64,000 nucleotides of DNA, from assembly GCA_024679065.1 (NCBI GenBank), contig JAGIQG010000004.1:96348001-96412000 (forward strand), read 5' to 3'. A program made the position numbers and the translations under genes. The stretch is from Sphyrna mokarran. Its lineage: Eukaryota. Of this stretch, positions 22,010 to 35,089 are shown piece by piece. The notes beneath the pieces were generated by a model. That model saw only the letters and a program-made list of their open reading frames with translations. It did not search any database and was not told where the DNA came from. The first letter of the stretch is position 1, and every line of letters starts with the position of its first letter.

Positions 22010-22760
22010 ATATTACCATCACCAATAAGAGACACTCTAACCACTGCCCCATAACATTCAATGTTGTCACCATCACTGAATCCCCCCACTGTCAACACCC
22101 TTGGGATTACCATGGACTGGAAACTCAGCTGGAAATCACCACATAAACACAGTGGTTATAAGACCAGTTCAGAGGCTAGGAATACTGTGGTGAGTAATTC
22201 ACCTCCTGACTCCCCAAAGCCTATCCATCATTTACAGGGCACAAGTCAGAAGTGTGGTGGAATACTCACATGCCTGGATGGGTACACCTCCAACAACACT
22301 CAAGAAGTTTGACTCCTTCCAAGACAAAGCAGCCCACTTGATTGGCACCACATCTACAAATATTCAATTCCTCCACCACCAATGCTCAGTAGTAGCAGTA
22401 TGTACTGTTGACAAAAGGCACTGCAACAATTCATGAGAAGGTTCTTAGACAACACCTTCCAAACCCATGACCACTTTCATCTAAAAAGAGAAGGGCAGAA
22501 GATACATGGGAATACTACCACCTGCAAGTTCCCCTCCAAGCTACTCACCATCCTGGTTTGGAAATATATTGCCGTTCCTTTGTAGTTGTGGAATCAAAAT
22601 CCTGTAATTGCCCCTTGATGGCATTGTGGGTCAACCCACAGCCAGTGGACGGTAGTAATTCAAGAAGGCAGCTTACCACCACCTTCTCAAAGGCAACTAG
22701 GGATGGACAATAAATGCTAACTAGTGCTACCCATGTCCCACAAATGAATAAAAAATTCAA
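22010..22760 (+). mobile_element. CR1-group LINE RT C-terminus and 3' UTR
   Basis: Translates NTLGITMDWKLSWK...IYRAQVRSVVEYSHAWMGTPPTTLKKFDSFQDKAAHLIG; ends ggcaactagggatggacaataaatgct...gaataaaaaa. Confidence 0.8.
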
Positions 22761-22819
22761 AGGGGATACTATCGTCAATGTGTCCCATTGTCTGATGTCT
22801 GATTTTGCTATTTAAAAAA

Positions 22820-23345
22820 GTGAGTGAGGAAAAATGGGGAAAAAAAAGGCAGGCTAATCTAATACCTGTTTTTGGAAAAATTATCAATCTAATTAAAGAT
22901 TGGGTGGCTGAACACCTTGAAATTTTTCAGCTGATTAGGGAGATGTAACATGAATTTATATAGCTGATTGAATTTTTTGAGGAAGTGACTGAAATAGTGG
23001 ACAGGGGACTGTCTATGATTGCTATTTCCATAAGGACTTCCTTAAGGTATTTGATCAAGTTCTTTGGAAAAGTCTGCAAGTGGAAGTTATAGTTATCCAG
23101 TTAGGTAACTGAATGAGTGGAAGTCAACAGAGTTGGAGACATTGCACAAGCATCCTAATTGGCAGGATGGACTATTTGTGTCCCATGAGTATTTGCACTG
23201 GATCTTCAACTATTCACCGTATTCATTAATGTCTCAGAAATGGGATAGAAAACAACATATCCAAATTAGCTGATGATTTAGGATAGGTGATATTGTAATC
23301 ATGTAGACAGAAACATAAAGTTACAAAGATATATTAGTAGCTTAT
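22820..23345 (+). mobile_element. Decayed CR1 LINE RT fragment
   Basis: Remnants of LIEFFEEVT..VDRG, DF.K.FD.V and SKLADD motifs (ctgattgaattttttgaggaagtgact; tccaaattagctgatgat). Confidence 0.7.
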
Positions 23346-23346
23346 G

Positions 23347-23605
23347 TTTATTTATTAGGGTCACAACTAGGCTTATATTAACACTGCAATGAAGTCACTG
23401 TGAAAATCTCCTCGTTGCAACACCTCTGTGCCCGTTTGGATACACTGAGGGTACACCTAACTAATGTGAGGGGGAAACTGAAATACCAAGAGGAAACCCA
23501 CGCAGACATGGGGAAAAGATGCAGATTCCACAGTGACCCAAGCTGGGAGTTGAACCCGGTCCGTGGAACTATGAGGCAGCAGCGCTAACCATTGTGCTAC
23601 CTTGC
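23347..23605 (-). mobile_element. V-SINE with alternative (non-CR1) tail
   Basis: Same head and V-domain as the HE1-like copies, but the tail is tttatttattagggtcacaactaggcttatattaacactgcaatgaag. Confidence 0.78.
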
Positions 23606-24549
23606 ATTTTGCCAGGTCCATGTCACTAATTTAAATTGTTAAACGTGTTGCTCTAATTGCACGCCGATGTATTGATTGTGGTGAACAGATTTCAGTGTCA
23701 ACCTAAAAATGTTAAAACAGGATATTTACTAAAAAGTGTAAAGCTAGTAACAATGAAGGTCCAAAGAGAGTTTGGAGGGGTTCGAAATACATAGATTATG
23801 AAAGTGTCATGGATAAGTAAAGAAAATAATGAGAAGTCCATTTTTCATTCATTTAAGGGAAATGACCTTTGCTGGCTGGATGAATAAAACAATATTGCAC
23901 AAGCATTCTTAGTGGTGGGATGAATTAGTGGTATCCTACAAGTATTTGCATTGGGCCTTAACTATTCACTGTATTCATTTCTGTCTTAGAAGATGGAATA
24001 TTTACTGCCCAGGCCTAGTGGCCCTCAACAAGGTGGTGGTGAGCTGTTTTCTTGAACCACTGCAGTCCATGTGGTGTAGAAACTCCCAATGTTGTTCAGC
24101 ATGGACTTTCAGACTTTCAATCCAGTGACCATGAAGAGACGGTGGCATATTTCCAAGTCAAGATAGTGAGTGATTTGGAGGGAAACTTCCAAGTGATGTG
24201 TTCCCAGAGGCAGCGTTATAGTTAATGGGGGCCTGTGCTTCCCTTCATTTCAAAACAAAAAGTTAACTTTCTCCCACAAAATCAAAAAGGTTATTGCAAT
24301 GAATTCATGTGCTTGGATTCCAGTGGGTTCAAATCTAATATCGGGTGACTTTATCTGAATGGATTCTATTATTTGTCCCAGAGACATTCTGAAGGCTAAT
24401 CTTGAGAATAATGGTGATTAGAGCTACCAACATGTGACAGTTGCAGCCATTATATCAGCCACTGCAGTGTTTCAATTTGAAATATAGAATTGAAACAGGA
24501 GAATATGGAAGAGGGACATCCTGTTACATCGCTTGTTGGCATGGCAATT

Positions 24550-26070
24550 TAGATAGCTTTTTTTTACACTGATTCTTTACAAAATCATCAAATACATCAG
24601 GTAACATCTTGTAAAGGCACACTTTCAATTGTCACTATTGCAGAATATGTCAAATCTTCTTGAGTCATTGTACTTCACAAATAATTTTAAACTATTTTCA
24701 GTACAGATAAAAAATGTTCACCGGGAACATTTGTGATAGGTTTTGCTAAAATAATTACAGAATAGTTTCCACATTTAGAAAAGCTACCTGCAAACCATCA
24801 CATACAAGTCTGTACAAATTAACCAATGATCTTGAAACATTGCATCAATAAATTGAATGAATTGTTTCACTTCATCCTCAAAAAGATCTGCATCTATATC
24901 CTCCTGGTAGAATTCATTTAACTTTTTTTACTGCAGTTGCTTTCAGCATTTTTGTCCATACGTCTGTCAAAAAGCACCCAAGATATATGAACAGTTTTCT
25001 TCAGAGAATCACTTCTACTCTGCAATTATACCACCATTATGTCACAAATAACATTCACAATTTCAATGATGATCTTCCCTTTTGCTTTTAAATTCATTTC
25101 ATTGTCTGTAGTTTCATCAAAAATAACTGTCTATGTCTTATACACTTCTCACCAGATATACCAAAGAAATCTAATTTTTTTGTAATGTTAGTGCCTCCAA
25201 TATGCTTCCACTGAGCTATAGTCATTTCAAACTTCCATCACCAAACATTTAACCGAGGCCAGCAATTTGCAGCATTCATTAAATTTGTATCATATTTTGC
25301 AGCAATTTGCTTACAAAAGGGAATAGTTCCACGTAAGAGTAAAAACTGCAATATTGTGCTTTTTAAAATTCTTATCTGAGGATTTTGCTTCAGTTTTCAC
25401 ATAGAGTTTTCAAAAATTTGATGCCACTAATGTCAAATAAGGTTTCTTTTATATCAGCAAAGTTCATATTCAAAGCCAAAACAGTGTTTGCATGAGCAAA
25501 CCACCTGGTGTCATAAATTCTTTTGACTGTCAAATGCTTTCCATTTGCCTGCTCCAACCTTGATTGCAACATATTTTGCCAATGCGTAGAAACCAACAAG
25601 GAGGCAAACACATTTTGAGCAAAGTCAAAACATGTATAGCTCTCTCGCAGGATTCAGCTGCAAAGCTACAGATTAAATTCAAGGAGTGATTAGAAAACGT
25701 GATGCATAATGCACAGGAGCTTTCATTGTTCAGTCTTGTATATAGATCTGAATTTTGCTTGCCAATTTTGCAACATTATCAAAGCTCTTTCCTGGTAGTT
25801 TTTGATGTCCAAACCTGAATTTGTAATGATTTCCAAACCTATTGTCTCCTGTCATTCAGAAGTGTGCAATTTTAGCTGGACAAAGCAAAGGTCTCACTCT
25901 ACAACTTCATCATTGCTGGTCACATATTTTTCAATGAATGTTCGTTTGTCCACATGACTTACATCTGATGTTGAATCAATTATTATGGAATTGTATTTGG
26001 CATCTTTAGCTTCATTAATTAATTAATTTCTGAGCCATTCTGCTATTATAGTGATGAAGTATTGTTGGTC
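24550..26070 (-). mobile_element. hAT transposase fossil (ZMYM1/Tip100-like)
   Basis: Minus-strand remnants AKYNSIIIDSTSDVSHVDK (~26000), NHSLNL (~25685), KRIYDTRWFAH (ORF 25390-25611) and the dimerisation-domain remnant PITNVPGEHFLSVLKIVKNYL.STMTQE (~24660-24740). Many stops and frameshifts. Confidence 0.85.
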
Positions 26071-26299
26071 TGGCACTCAGTTTGAAAAGGAGTTTTCTTA
26101 TTGGAGGGAAGTGCTAATATGTGTTGTCGCCATGGTCCAACTGCTGTCTTTCTTTGGGACTACCTCTAAGAGGACATAAAAGTCATCATTATGAAATCAG
26201 AAAGGTAATTTTTTAGCCTGCCTTTAGCCTGAATTTGATGAGCTTCTCAAAGATCATTTGAAAAGTTATCAATATTCAGGCTAATCAAAGTCAGGGCCC

Positions 26300-27155
26300 T
26301 GTGCAGTACTGATCATCACACCATTGAAGGATACGTTGGTCTTTGAGGGAATGCAATATAGGTTTACCAGAATGTTACCTGAATTCTAAGGGTTCAACTG
26401 TGAAAAGATATTAAACTATCTAGGGTTATATTGCTTAGATTATGAAAGATTAGAAGTGATGATTTGATCAAACTTTATTCAAAAGAGAATAATGTATCTA
26501 AGTTTGTTGATGATGTAAACTAAAGTGGGAATACAAGCTATGAGGAGGGCACAAAAGTTGAAAATAAATAAAGACAGGTTAAATCAATGGCAAATAAGGT
26601 GGTTGATGGAGTGTAATGTGGGGGAGTATGAGGTTATTCACTTTACTTGTAAGAATAGAAAAGCAGAATTTTTTTGTGTGTGAAACTTATAAATACTGAT
26701 GTTCAGCGAAACTAAGATGTACTCATAGAAGAAGCACAAGAAGTTAGCATGCAGGTACAGCAAGCAATTAGGAAAGCAAATGACGTGTTGGCCTTTATTG
26801 CAAGGGGATTGGAGTGCAAGAGTAAATTTCTCTTGCTATAATTGTTCAGGGCACGGTGAAGTCTCAGCTGAAATATCATGTGCAATTTTGGTTTCTATAT
26901 TTAAGGGAGGGTATACATAAGTGAAGATTCATTAGATTGGTCCCTGGGATGAAAGACTTCTCCAACGATGAAAGGGTTAGTAAACTGGGGCAATATTCTC
27001 TGCAGTTCAGAAGAATGAAAGGTGATCTTATTGAAAAAAATTAAGATTATGCAGGAATTCAGCAGGTTAGAAATTATAATGTTGTTTCCCCTGGCTAGGG
27101 AATATAGATCAAGGTGACCCAATTTTGGGACAAGGGGCCAATCATGTAGAACTGA
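26300..27155 (+). mobile_element. CR1 LINE RT / C-terminal fragments
   Basis: SKFVDD, W..W.MECNVG, VQQAIRKAN..LAFIARGLE and QFWFLYL motifs. Confidence 0.8.
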
Positions 27156-27580
27156 GGATTTCTACTTCGGCCTCCCTTTCAGTCAGTGTGTTCCGATTTC
27201 CTTCAACTTCCAATCTAAACCAGCTTTCCTCTTCTGTTTGAATGTCACCTCTAGTGTATTCTAGAGATCTACCTTTGCATCATGCTCTTCACTATTCATA
27301 TAAATCATTTGGCCAGATTATGCTAAATTAGCGAATATAGATCCTGAGAACATTCAGACCTTCTATTAATCCAAAATATGTTACCCACAATCTCAGTTTT
27401 CTATCAACACTCCCAATCCTGAGGAACAAAAACTTTCTTTGGCTTTGGACTTCATCAGTGCATCTGAGCCTCAGGCCTTAAGTTCATTAACCAAGAAACC
27501 TAAGCATTGTATGTGCATTATCATTTAGTCAGGATTCATTTAGCGACTAATCGTACCAACAGCAGAAAATAGCTTTCTTT

Positions 27581-27906
27581 ATGAACCATAGAACCCTACA
27601 GTGCAGAAAGAGGCCCTTTGGACCATTGAGCCAAACACAATCCATCCAGATCCTACCCCTATATCCCTACATAGTCCCTCTAACCTCCACTATCCTGACC
27701 CTAAGGGACAATTTCTTAGCATGTCCAATCAACCTAACCCGCACATCTTTGGACTGCGGGAAGAAACTGGAGTACCCAGAGGAAACCCACACAGACAAAA
27801 GGAGAATGTGCAAACTCCACACAGACAGTGACCTGAGCCGAGAATCAAACCTAGGACCCTGGAGCTGTGAAGCAGCAGTGCTAACCACTGTGCTACTGTG
27901 CCACCC
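27581..27906 (-). mobile_element. HE1-like V-SINE, CR1-type tail
   Basis: Full head (gcacagtggttagcactgctgcttcacagctccagggtcctaggtttgattc), V-domain and ttctatggttc tail on the minus strand. Confidence 0.87.
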
Positions 27907-28214
27907 TGTCTGGGTGTCTGGCTAAATAGTTAAAATCTAAGTTAATCAGACCATTTTAGAGCTAAAAATAAACAAAATTGTCTCATTTTTGTCACCTCAT
28001 GTCACCTCTTGACAACTTCAGTGTTTGTCGCTTTTGCAATTCTTCTTAAAGAGAAATCCACGTCTGTTAAGACAGAGAGATTGGCTTCAAGTGGTGATAT
28101 CCAAACCTTTGATTTCTCATCCCCGAAAATGAGAACTTCTGGAGCTCCTGGGAGGCAGTTAGGTAATGGGTTGAAAATGGGGAAGTTAGTAAACAAGTGC
28201 CAGCTGTAGAATGT

Positions 28215-28470
28215 GTGACTTTTTGCTTGTTCCTCCTTCTGCAATGTAAGGATTCTTTGGGAAGGTGAGGAAGAACATTTTTACTGTGAGTGATAATGGT
28301 CTGGATTATGTTACCCACAATGGTGGGGGAAATAGAGATGATAAATAATTTCAAAAATAAATTGAAGGTTGACAGAGAGAGACAGCAGGGCAGTGGGTCT
28401 GATTGGATTACTTGTCAGAGAGCTAATGTGGACTTGATGGGCTGACTGGCCTCCTTTTGTGCTATAATGA
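28215..28470 (+). mobile_element. CR1 3' UTR fragment
   Basis: aggaagaacatttttactgtgagtgataatggtctgga...ggacttgatgggctgactggcctccttttgtgct. Confidence 0.6.
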
Positions 28471-29139
28471 CTCAATGACCTCTTTCTATCCTTCACATAC
28501 GTATGTTCTGTGGTACCAGAGAAGTAATAGCACATTTCAAGGCATTAGAAATGATACAGTAATGGGGAAGTATTTTGTACAGGCTGTATAAGCTACAGCT
28601 CAATTTGCATGTTATCCACTGCAGGGGTGCTCCAGGGTAGAGTGCACAAATACCTGCTTTAATGTAATTGCTTTGGAGACTTCATGTAATATTTAATATC
28701 CTGTCACCACAAATTAGGAGAATTTATTGTGTGAAAATACAAAGTTATCAACATGTTTTTCACAATAGATCCTCTCCATTAAAGTGCAAAATTCTCATCA
28801 GTCATTCATCCCTTTCTGTGTAACTCTCAGCAAACATAAAACTGACTGATGGCTCAAAACAGAACAGAAATTATCACCAGTAAATATTGGGGTACCAGTC
28901 ATCAGTGAAATGACCATTTAGAGTGGATTTTTTGTGTTGGTTTTGAACTGAGCTTTATTTCTTTGGAACAGGATGTTTCCATCAAAAGGAAGAATGCCTG
29001 ATTTTGCAGTCGTTTCATAGATCAGGTCCATTTTAACAGTTATGGTGACTTTTCTAAAGTGGGAATGGTCACCAAAGCAATTTGGTTGCAGGAGTCAGCA
29101 GTCCCAGTATTGTTCCTGATAGCTTCTGAGACACATCAG

Positions 29140-29261
29140 GGGGATTTTCTGGCCCGCTCACCCAAAACTGGAAAACCCTACCCCAGGTCAACAGAGTTTT
29201 ACATGGTTCACACACCCGCCCGCTATAATTCCCATGGTGGGCAGGATTGGGAAATATCCCC
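29140..29261. mobile_element. Short MITE, PIF/Harbinger-like
   Basis: TIRs ggggattttc / gaaatatcccc with a flanking 3-bp CAG duplication. Confidence 0.55.
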
Positions 29262-29922
29262 CAGCATGTGGCAGAAAACTGTAGGTATGAAAATGAGAAC
29301 TTGTGCTGGCCATCTTGCTTTAAATTACCTCTCCATGAAACCAAAGGGTACCCAGAGATGGGATGTCCAAAACATTGATGTAGGACCTTGCATCTAGGAC
29401 CCACTTGGATTGAAGGGAATGAATAGATCAATTTGCATTTCCACAAACAGTACAAAGCATCAGAGAATGTAAGCCTCGAGTTGGTAACAATTTTGCATAT
29501 GTCCATGATTCAATGCCCATATGAAAGCAATACAGTTGATGCCTAAGGTTCATACCTCCTACTCACGGAGCCACCACTCCATGAGATAGTGCGTCATAGA
29601 ACATAGAACATAAAAAACCCAAGCACAAACAGGCCCTTCGACCCACAAGTTGTGCCAAACATATCCCTACCTACTAGGCTTATCTATAACCCTCTATCTT
29701 ACTAAGTCTGATATACTTATCCAAAAATCTCTTAAAAGACCCTATTGAATCAGCCTTCACCACTACTGCCGGCAGCCGATTCCATGCGCTCACCATCCTC
29801 TGAGTGAAAAAGTTACCCCTAGCATCTCCTCTGTACCTACTCTCCAGCACCCTAAACCTGTGTCCTCTTGTGGCAGCCATTTCAGCCCTGGGGAGAAGTC
29901 TTTGAGAATCCATTCAATCAAT

Positions 29923-30600
29923 ACAAAGAACAAAAAACAAAACAGCACGGGAAACAGGCCCTTCGGCCCAACGAGCCTACGCCGCCACCTCGATGTTCCC
30001 ACTTCTACCCGTGATCCCTCTCCATGTTTATAGATCTATGGATTGAAACCAAATTTGAGACAATTTAGGGAGAATTTGTTCTGCCAATCAGCCTAAAAGC
30101 ACATCTTTGGGATGTGGGAGGAAACCGGAGCACCTGGAGAAAACCCACGCAAGCACGGGGAGAATGCGCAAACTCCCACAGACACAAGCCCAAATCCATG
30201 TATCTACACAGCACAGTGATAGTCTCTGAGCTGTCGTGTTGTCCATCAAATGGTCCAGGTCAAGTGTACACTAACGACGTGAAGCACTAGGATACTCTCG
30301 AAAAAAATCCAAGAGCAGCCCTCCCATGACCCATTGCGTGCATGCCCATTGTTAGACAACAAGGCAGACCAAAGTACCTGTAGGATAAAAACAAATACAT
30401 CAATATCAGTGACTAATTACGTACTTCCCAGGGACTCCCAAGGCTCATGATCCCTATTTTAAATCAGTTTTCTATATCCCTCCATTCCCATTCTGTTCAT
30501 GTGCCCATCTAAGTACCTCTTAAATAACTCCAGAGTACCTGCCTCCACCACTTTACTTGGCAGCGCATTCCATACCTCCACCACCCTCTGCGTGAAAAAT
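29923..30600 (-). mobile_element. Second copy of the CR1 family carrying a V-SINE body in its 3' UTR
   Basis: Reverse complement is collinear with 19285-19852, including the unique spacer ctagtgcttcacgtcgttagtgta, the V-domain and the GTTCTTT-like tail. Confidence 0.85.
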
Positions 30601-31222
30601 ACCTCTCAACATCTTATACCTCTCTATCAGGTCACCTCTCATCTTTCATCTGTCTAAGGAGAAAAGACCGAGCTTTCTCAACGTATCCTCAGAAGGCATG
30701 CTCCCCAATCCAGGCAACATCCTTGTAAATCTCCTCTGCATCCTTTCTATGGCTTCTACATCCTTCCCATAATGAGGCGATGAGAACTGAGCACAATACT
30801 CCAAGTGGGGTCTGACCAGGGTCTTATACAGCTACAGCATTATTTCCCGACTCCTAAACTCGATTCCTTGATTAATGAGGGCCAGTATGCGATAATCCTT
30901 CTTAACCACATCCTCTACCTGCGAAGCTGATTTGAGCGTCCTATGAACCCAGACCCCAGTATCCTTCTGTTCTTCCACACTGCCAAGATTCTTATGCTTA
31001 ATATTATATTTCATCATCCCATTTGACCTGCCAAAATGAACTGCCACACACTTATCTGGGTTGAAGTCCATTGCCACTTCTCCGCCCAGTCTTGCATCCT
31101 ATCAATGTCTCGTTGCAACTTCTGACATCCGTCCAACCTTTGTGTCATCAGCAAGCTTACCAACCAATCCCTCCACTTCCTCATCCATGTCATTTATAAA
31201 AATCACAAAAAGCAAGGGTCCC

Positions 31223-31259
31223 ATGCCTGAGGAAGACACAGAGTGTTGAAAGCTCGCGT
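31223..31259 (+). ncRNA. Minimal type-I hammerhead ribozyme motif, intact core with variant stems
   Basis: AUGC-CUGAGGA-A-GACAC-AGA-GUGUU-GAAA-GCUC-GCGU. Stems I and II differ in sequence from the other copies but still pair. Confidence 0.72.
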
Positions 31260-31360
31260 TTTTACTATCAAATAAATCGGTTGGATTATAAATTGGTGTT
31301 GCTAAATTCTTACTGAGTTCTTACCACCCCAATCCAATGCCAGCATCTGTATATCATGCA
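31223..31360 (+). mobile_element. Solo Penelope pLTR-like arm inserted in the CR1 host
   Basis: caaataaatcggttggattataaattggtgttgctaaattcttactg...ccaatccaatgccagcatct matches the arm family. Confidence 0.7.
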
Positions 31361-34149
31361 TTCCAGTGGTGACAGACCTACATGCAGAAAAAGCATCTAC
31401 AACCACTCTTTGCCTTCTGTGGGCAAGCCAGTTCTGGACCCATAAAGCAAACTCCCCTTGGATCCCATGCCCCCTCACTTTTCCCAAGCTATTGCCAGCA
31501 GAATGGATGGAAATGCACTCACATTTTATGGTTAACTGTGTTGCTCATGCTGTCACTCATGACGAACTTTTAGCATTGGTTACTTCTTAACAAATGAATA
31601 ATGGCTATCCTTCTTGGCAGTGACTAGCAAGATCTTCTTGCGTTCAAGGTGGCTCAATGACAACAAGTTTGTAATGATAAATTAAAGCAAGGCAGTCTTC
31701 TACGGAAGATTTACTTATCTACTATCTGAACCAGGACGTTCATCATTAGTCTAGGGTGCTGTTGATGGCTGGCTCATCAATAGGAACTAGAGGGAGCCAC
31801 GTGGCACTGAGAAGTCATTAGCTAATGCATACGTTAGTCTTGGTTTGTAAGTTGCAGGAAGCATAAGAGTGTTTTCATTTGTTTTTATGCTGCACAGTTT
31901 TGGTTGATTAAACACCAGCATCAGCACAGCACACATTTTGGGGGGAAATGTAGTTTTAAGTCTCGATAACTTGTGCATAGGTTTTATGTACTTGGATAAA
32001 GGGAGAATGTTTCTCCAGAAAGTGTTTGGATGCCATATTTGGTGAACAGAAACTTTTGTGTGGATTTCTCAGTAGCTTTATTCAAAGACATTCAATCCTA
32101 GGATGGGTTTGCTTGAATGTCAAGCCGACTAAATCAAAAATAACCACTTTATGGGATTACCACAGGGATTTGTTCCATTTTAAGCTGGAAGGTATTTTAT
32201 AGACAACAACAAATGACACACCGACTGTTGTCAACGCCACCTATTTTGATTTTGACTTACATTGTGATAATCCCCAAGAGATCCATGGGGAATAACTGAT
32301 TGATGTCCCTATGGAGGGTCAGACAGTACGCGTTCCCCTGATAACAGGCAGTAGTCTGCCCAGCTGGAACTCATTATCTGAGCTTTTAGAAGGCAGGCCC
32401 AGGACTGGGCCTGCTCAGCTGTACTCCCAAGAAGGGACTAATGCGCACAACCATGGTGGTAGTTTTACTTTGTGTTCTGTACTAAACCATGTTCCTTTCA
32501 ATTGGGCTTCCTGAGTCCTTATATCTTGATGAATTTGTTGTGAACTAGTGATCACTGGTGACAAGCCCTTTGAGCAAATGGTAGCCACTTGGTGTGCAGC
32601 TATTACCATGGGTGGTTCATTGATCTCTTACCTAGGAACAAAGAGAAACACAACATTGACCTGATTTTGTAGTCTTAATTTAAATATATGTGTGAGGAAT
32701 GAAACACTGGTTCATAGACGTTAAAATCAGAATTAAAACTGTGCCCTTGCTTGATGCGGGCACTTCAAGGAGCATGAATATAACAGAAAACACTTTGAGA
32801 TCAATTCAACATTTCCATGAATAACCAATTAGCCGGCCAGAAACTATTACTCTCCCTCAAACAGTACATGACCAGAAGTCTAGTTACTGTCACTTTTAAA
32901 ATGTTTATCCCATTCATTAACATGTAACACAAAAACATTTTTAACTGTGAAAAGTACAATAGATTATTTCATAGCAGCATGTTACCACAAGAGGAATGCA
33001 AAGCCAATACTTTGGTTACTTTAAATACCTCAAGGATGATGTATCATACTGTAGACTAGTTAGTCGATGGAAGTTTAGTTTATATAATGTTACTCTTTAA
33101 GACACAGGCTGGATTTCGTGCCCTCTCCTGGCAGTGAGATTGCGTGTGGGGAATCCATAAAATGCTGTTGGTGCATTTCCTACCACACGCTCACTCTCCC
33201 CTGCCGAACATAATTCTTTCAGTGGTCCACCCATGGAACAATGGAAGCCCTCAAACCGTGGCCTTAATTGTCTCATGATGCCTCCACCAGGATTTAAACA
33301 GTGGCAGGAGAGGCCAATGCCAAAAGAGCAGCCTGCCATTTCTCACTGTGGGGGTGTTGGTGTGTGCAAGATGGGAGTAACTCCTTGGACCTGTCAGAGA
33401 GACCCCATGGTCATTCACTCCATCTAGTTTCTATTTCCTCACCAGCACAGCCCCCTTTGCAGCCTTTCCCCTTGCCAGAATCTTCTAGCCTCACTCCACA
33501 ACACTGCCCCAACATCTTACCTTTCATCTCAGTTCTTGGGCTTGGGAACTGTTGTAGTCCTTATAGAGGCCATTGCACTTGGTGATACAGTGTGACATAG
33601 GAGCTGCTAGTTATTTAACTGGGGACAGAAATACTTTGTTAAACTAATTAATGCCTCTCCCAGTGTTAAATATCTGCTGGACAATTTGCAGGAGTGAGCT
33701 GGGCTAAGCCATGACTTCTTCATCATGGATGTGTAGGGATTGCATTACCTTTGTATCTTGTCCATAGTGAATCACAATGCTGACATATTCAGGATTAATA
33801 TTTTTACATCTCATGTACTGGCAATAATATATAACCAAGAATATTTCCGGGCAGGTCATTGTCTCAGCTTGACATATCCCAAGCAAGGCACACCCCTCAG
33901 CTGGGACCTGCATGTAGAATTGGGTTGAAATTTAGCTACTGCTGCAGGCCTTAGAAACAATAATGTTTACCACCTGCAGTATCTGCTGGTTTCCATCCAA
34001 AAACAGTAACACAGAGAGGACGACCTTATGAAAAATATTCTAAGTCTAGGACAAGAGTGAAAATGAGAGAGTTCCTGATGCATTTTTTTTAGGTGAGTCA
34101 AAATCTTTTAGGCTAAAAAAAATCAAAAACTATTTCTCGCCTGAAGGGT

Positions 34150-35036
34150 GATGGGGAACTCTGCCCGAATGCTAGCTGAAAGCAGCAGAGGACACCATTG
34201 CACCTGCTACTGTGAGAGCAGAGTGGCTTGTCACTCAGTCTCTGCTGCTCTGATCCAGCTTCCATGGCATCAGTCAGGCAACCTCCCAGTTACTGCGAGG
34301 GCCTGCAGTCTATTGTGACCGCCCATCCACCCTACTGATCTACACCTGCGAACTCCCCTGTCGTCCTGACCTATCGACCACCCCTCCATCTAGATCGATT
34401 CGCCCTCCCTCCTTCCATCAATCACAATGCAGAGAGGCAGTAAGGTCCTCCCCCAATCACCGGTTTGACTTCCCCAATAGCCAACCCCTACATTAACCTC
34501 GTAGCTAGCCCAATCGTCCCCCTCCTATGCCTACCGATCACCAATGACAGCAGGTCCCCCCCCACCATTGATCGGCTGTCCGGCAGCCCCCACCCTCCTT
34601 ACCCCCAGTGGGAATGACCAGCGTGCCAACTGGCAGTGCTGGGCTGGCACTACCCAACATGCATTCCCTCCTTGCCTCCGATTTCCTGGGTCTGAATGAC
34701 TCCGATCCTACCAGGGAGACCATCATGTCTAATTCCCATTGCTGGGATTCTCGACAGAGAGAATGTCTCCCCGCAAAGCCATACAGGCAAGTGAATCTGG
34801 ACAATTGAGTCCTGGACTCACTAAACACATGCAAAATATATTTAAATATAATTTAAATATAATATTCAGCCTGGCAACAGAAATAGGCACTAGGCAGACC
34901 TTGTTGGACTTCCAGTGCCGGTAAAATAGCGAGAAGTAAAAAATTGGGAGAAAGCCTGATTTCTTGGTCTTGTGCAATCTTACCAACCCTCCCCACCCAT
35001 TGGCCAGGAGGGGAAGACAATGGTAAGATTGTCCCT
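34150..35036. mobile_element. Non-autonomous Harbinger-like DNA element (right TIR visible)
   Basis: GC-rich body ending ggtaagattgtccc, similar to the TIRs of the other MITEs. Left end unclear. Confidence 0.45.
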
Positions 35037-35089
35037 AGAATGGTCTTCATCACCTTTGTCTAGAAAAGATTATAAGCCCACAAACAGAA

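Larger units (their letters stand above)
29595..31490 (-). mobile_element. CR1 LINE (host) interrupted by two younger insertions
   Basis: (catagaa)n tail at 29595. ORFs 29680-29913, 30832-31077 and 31302-31487 encode CR1 RT pieces (WVQNWLAHRRQRVVVD; MDFNPDKC..HFGRSN; TRGHRFRV). Confidence 0.88.

Noticed and set aside
27581-27925. ORFs and tRNA-like boxes in SINEs as genes or tRNAs
   Set aside because: They recur in every SINE copy; heads are tRNA-derived but do not form complete tRNAs.
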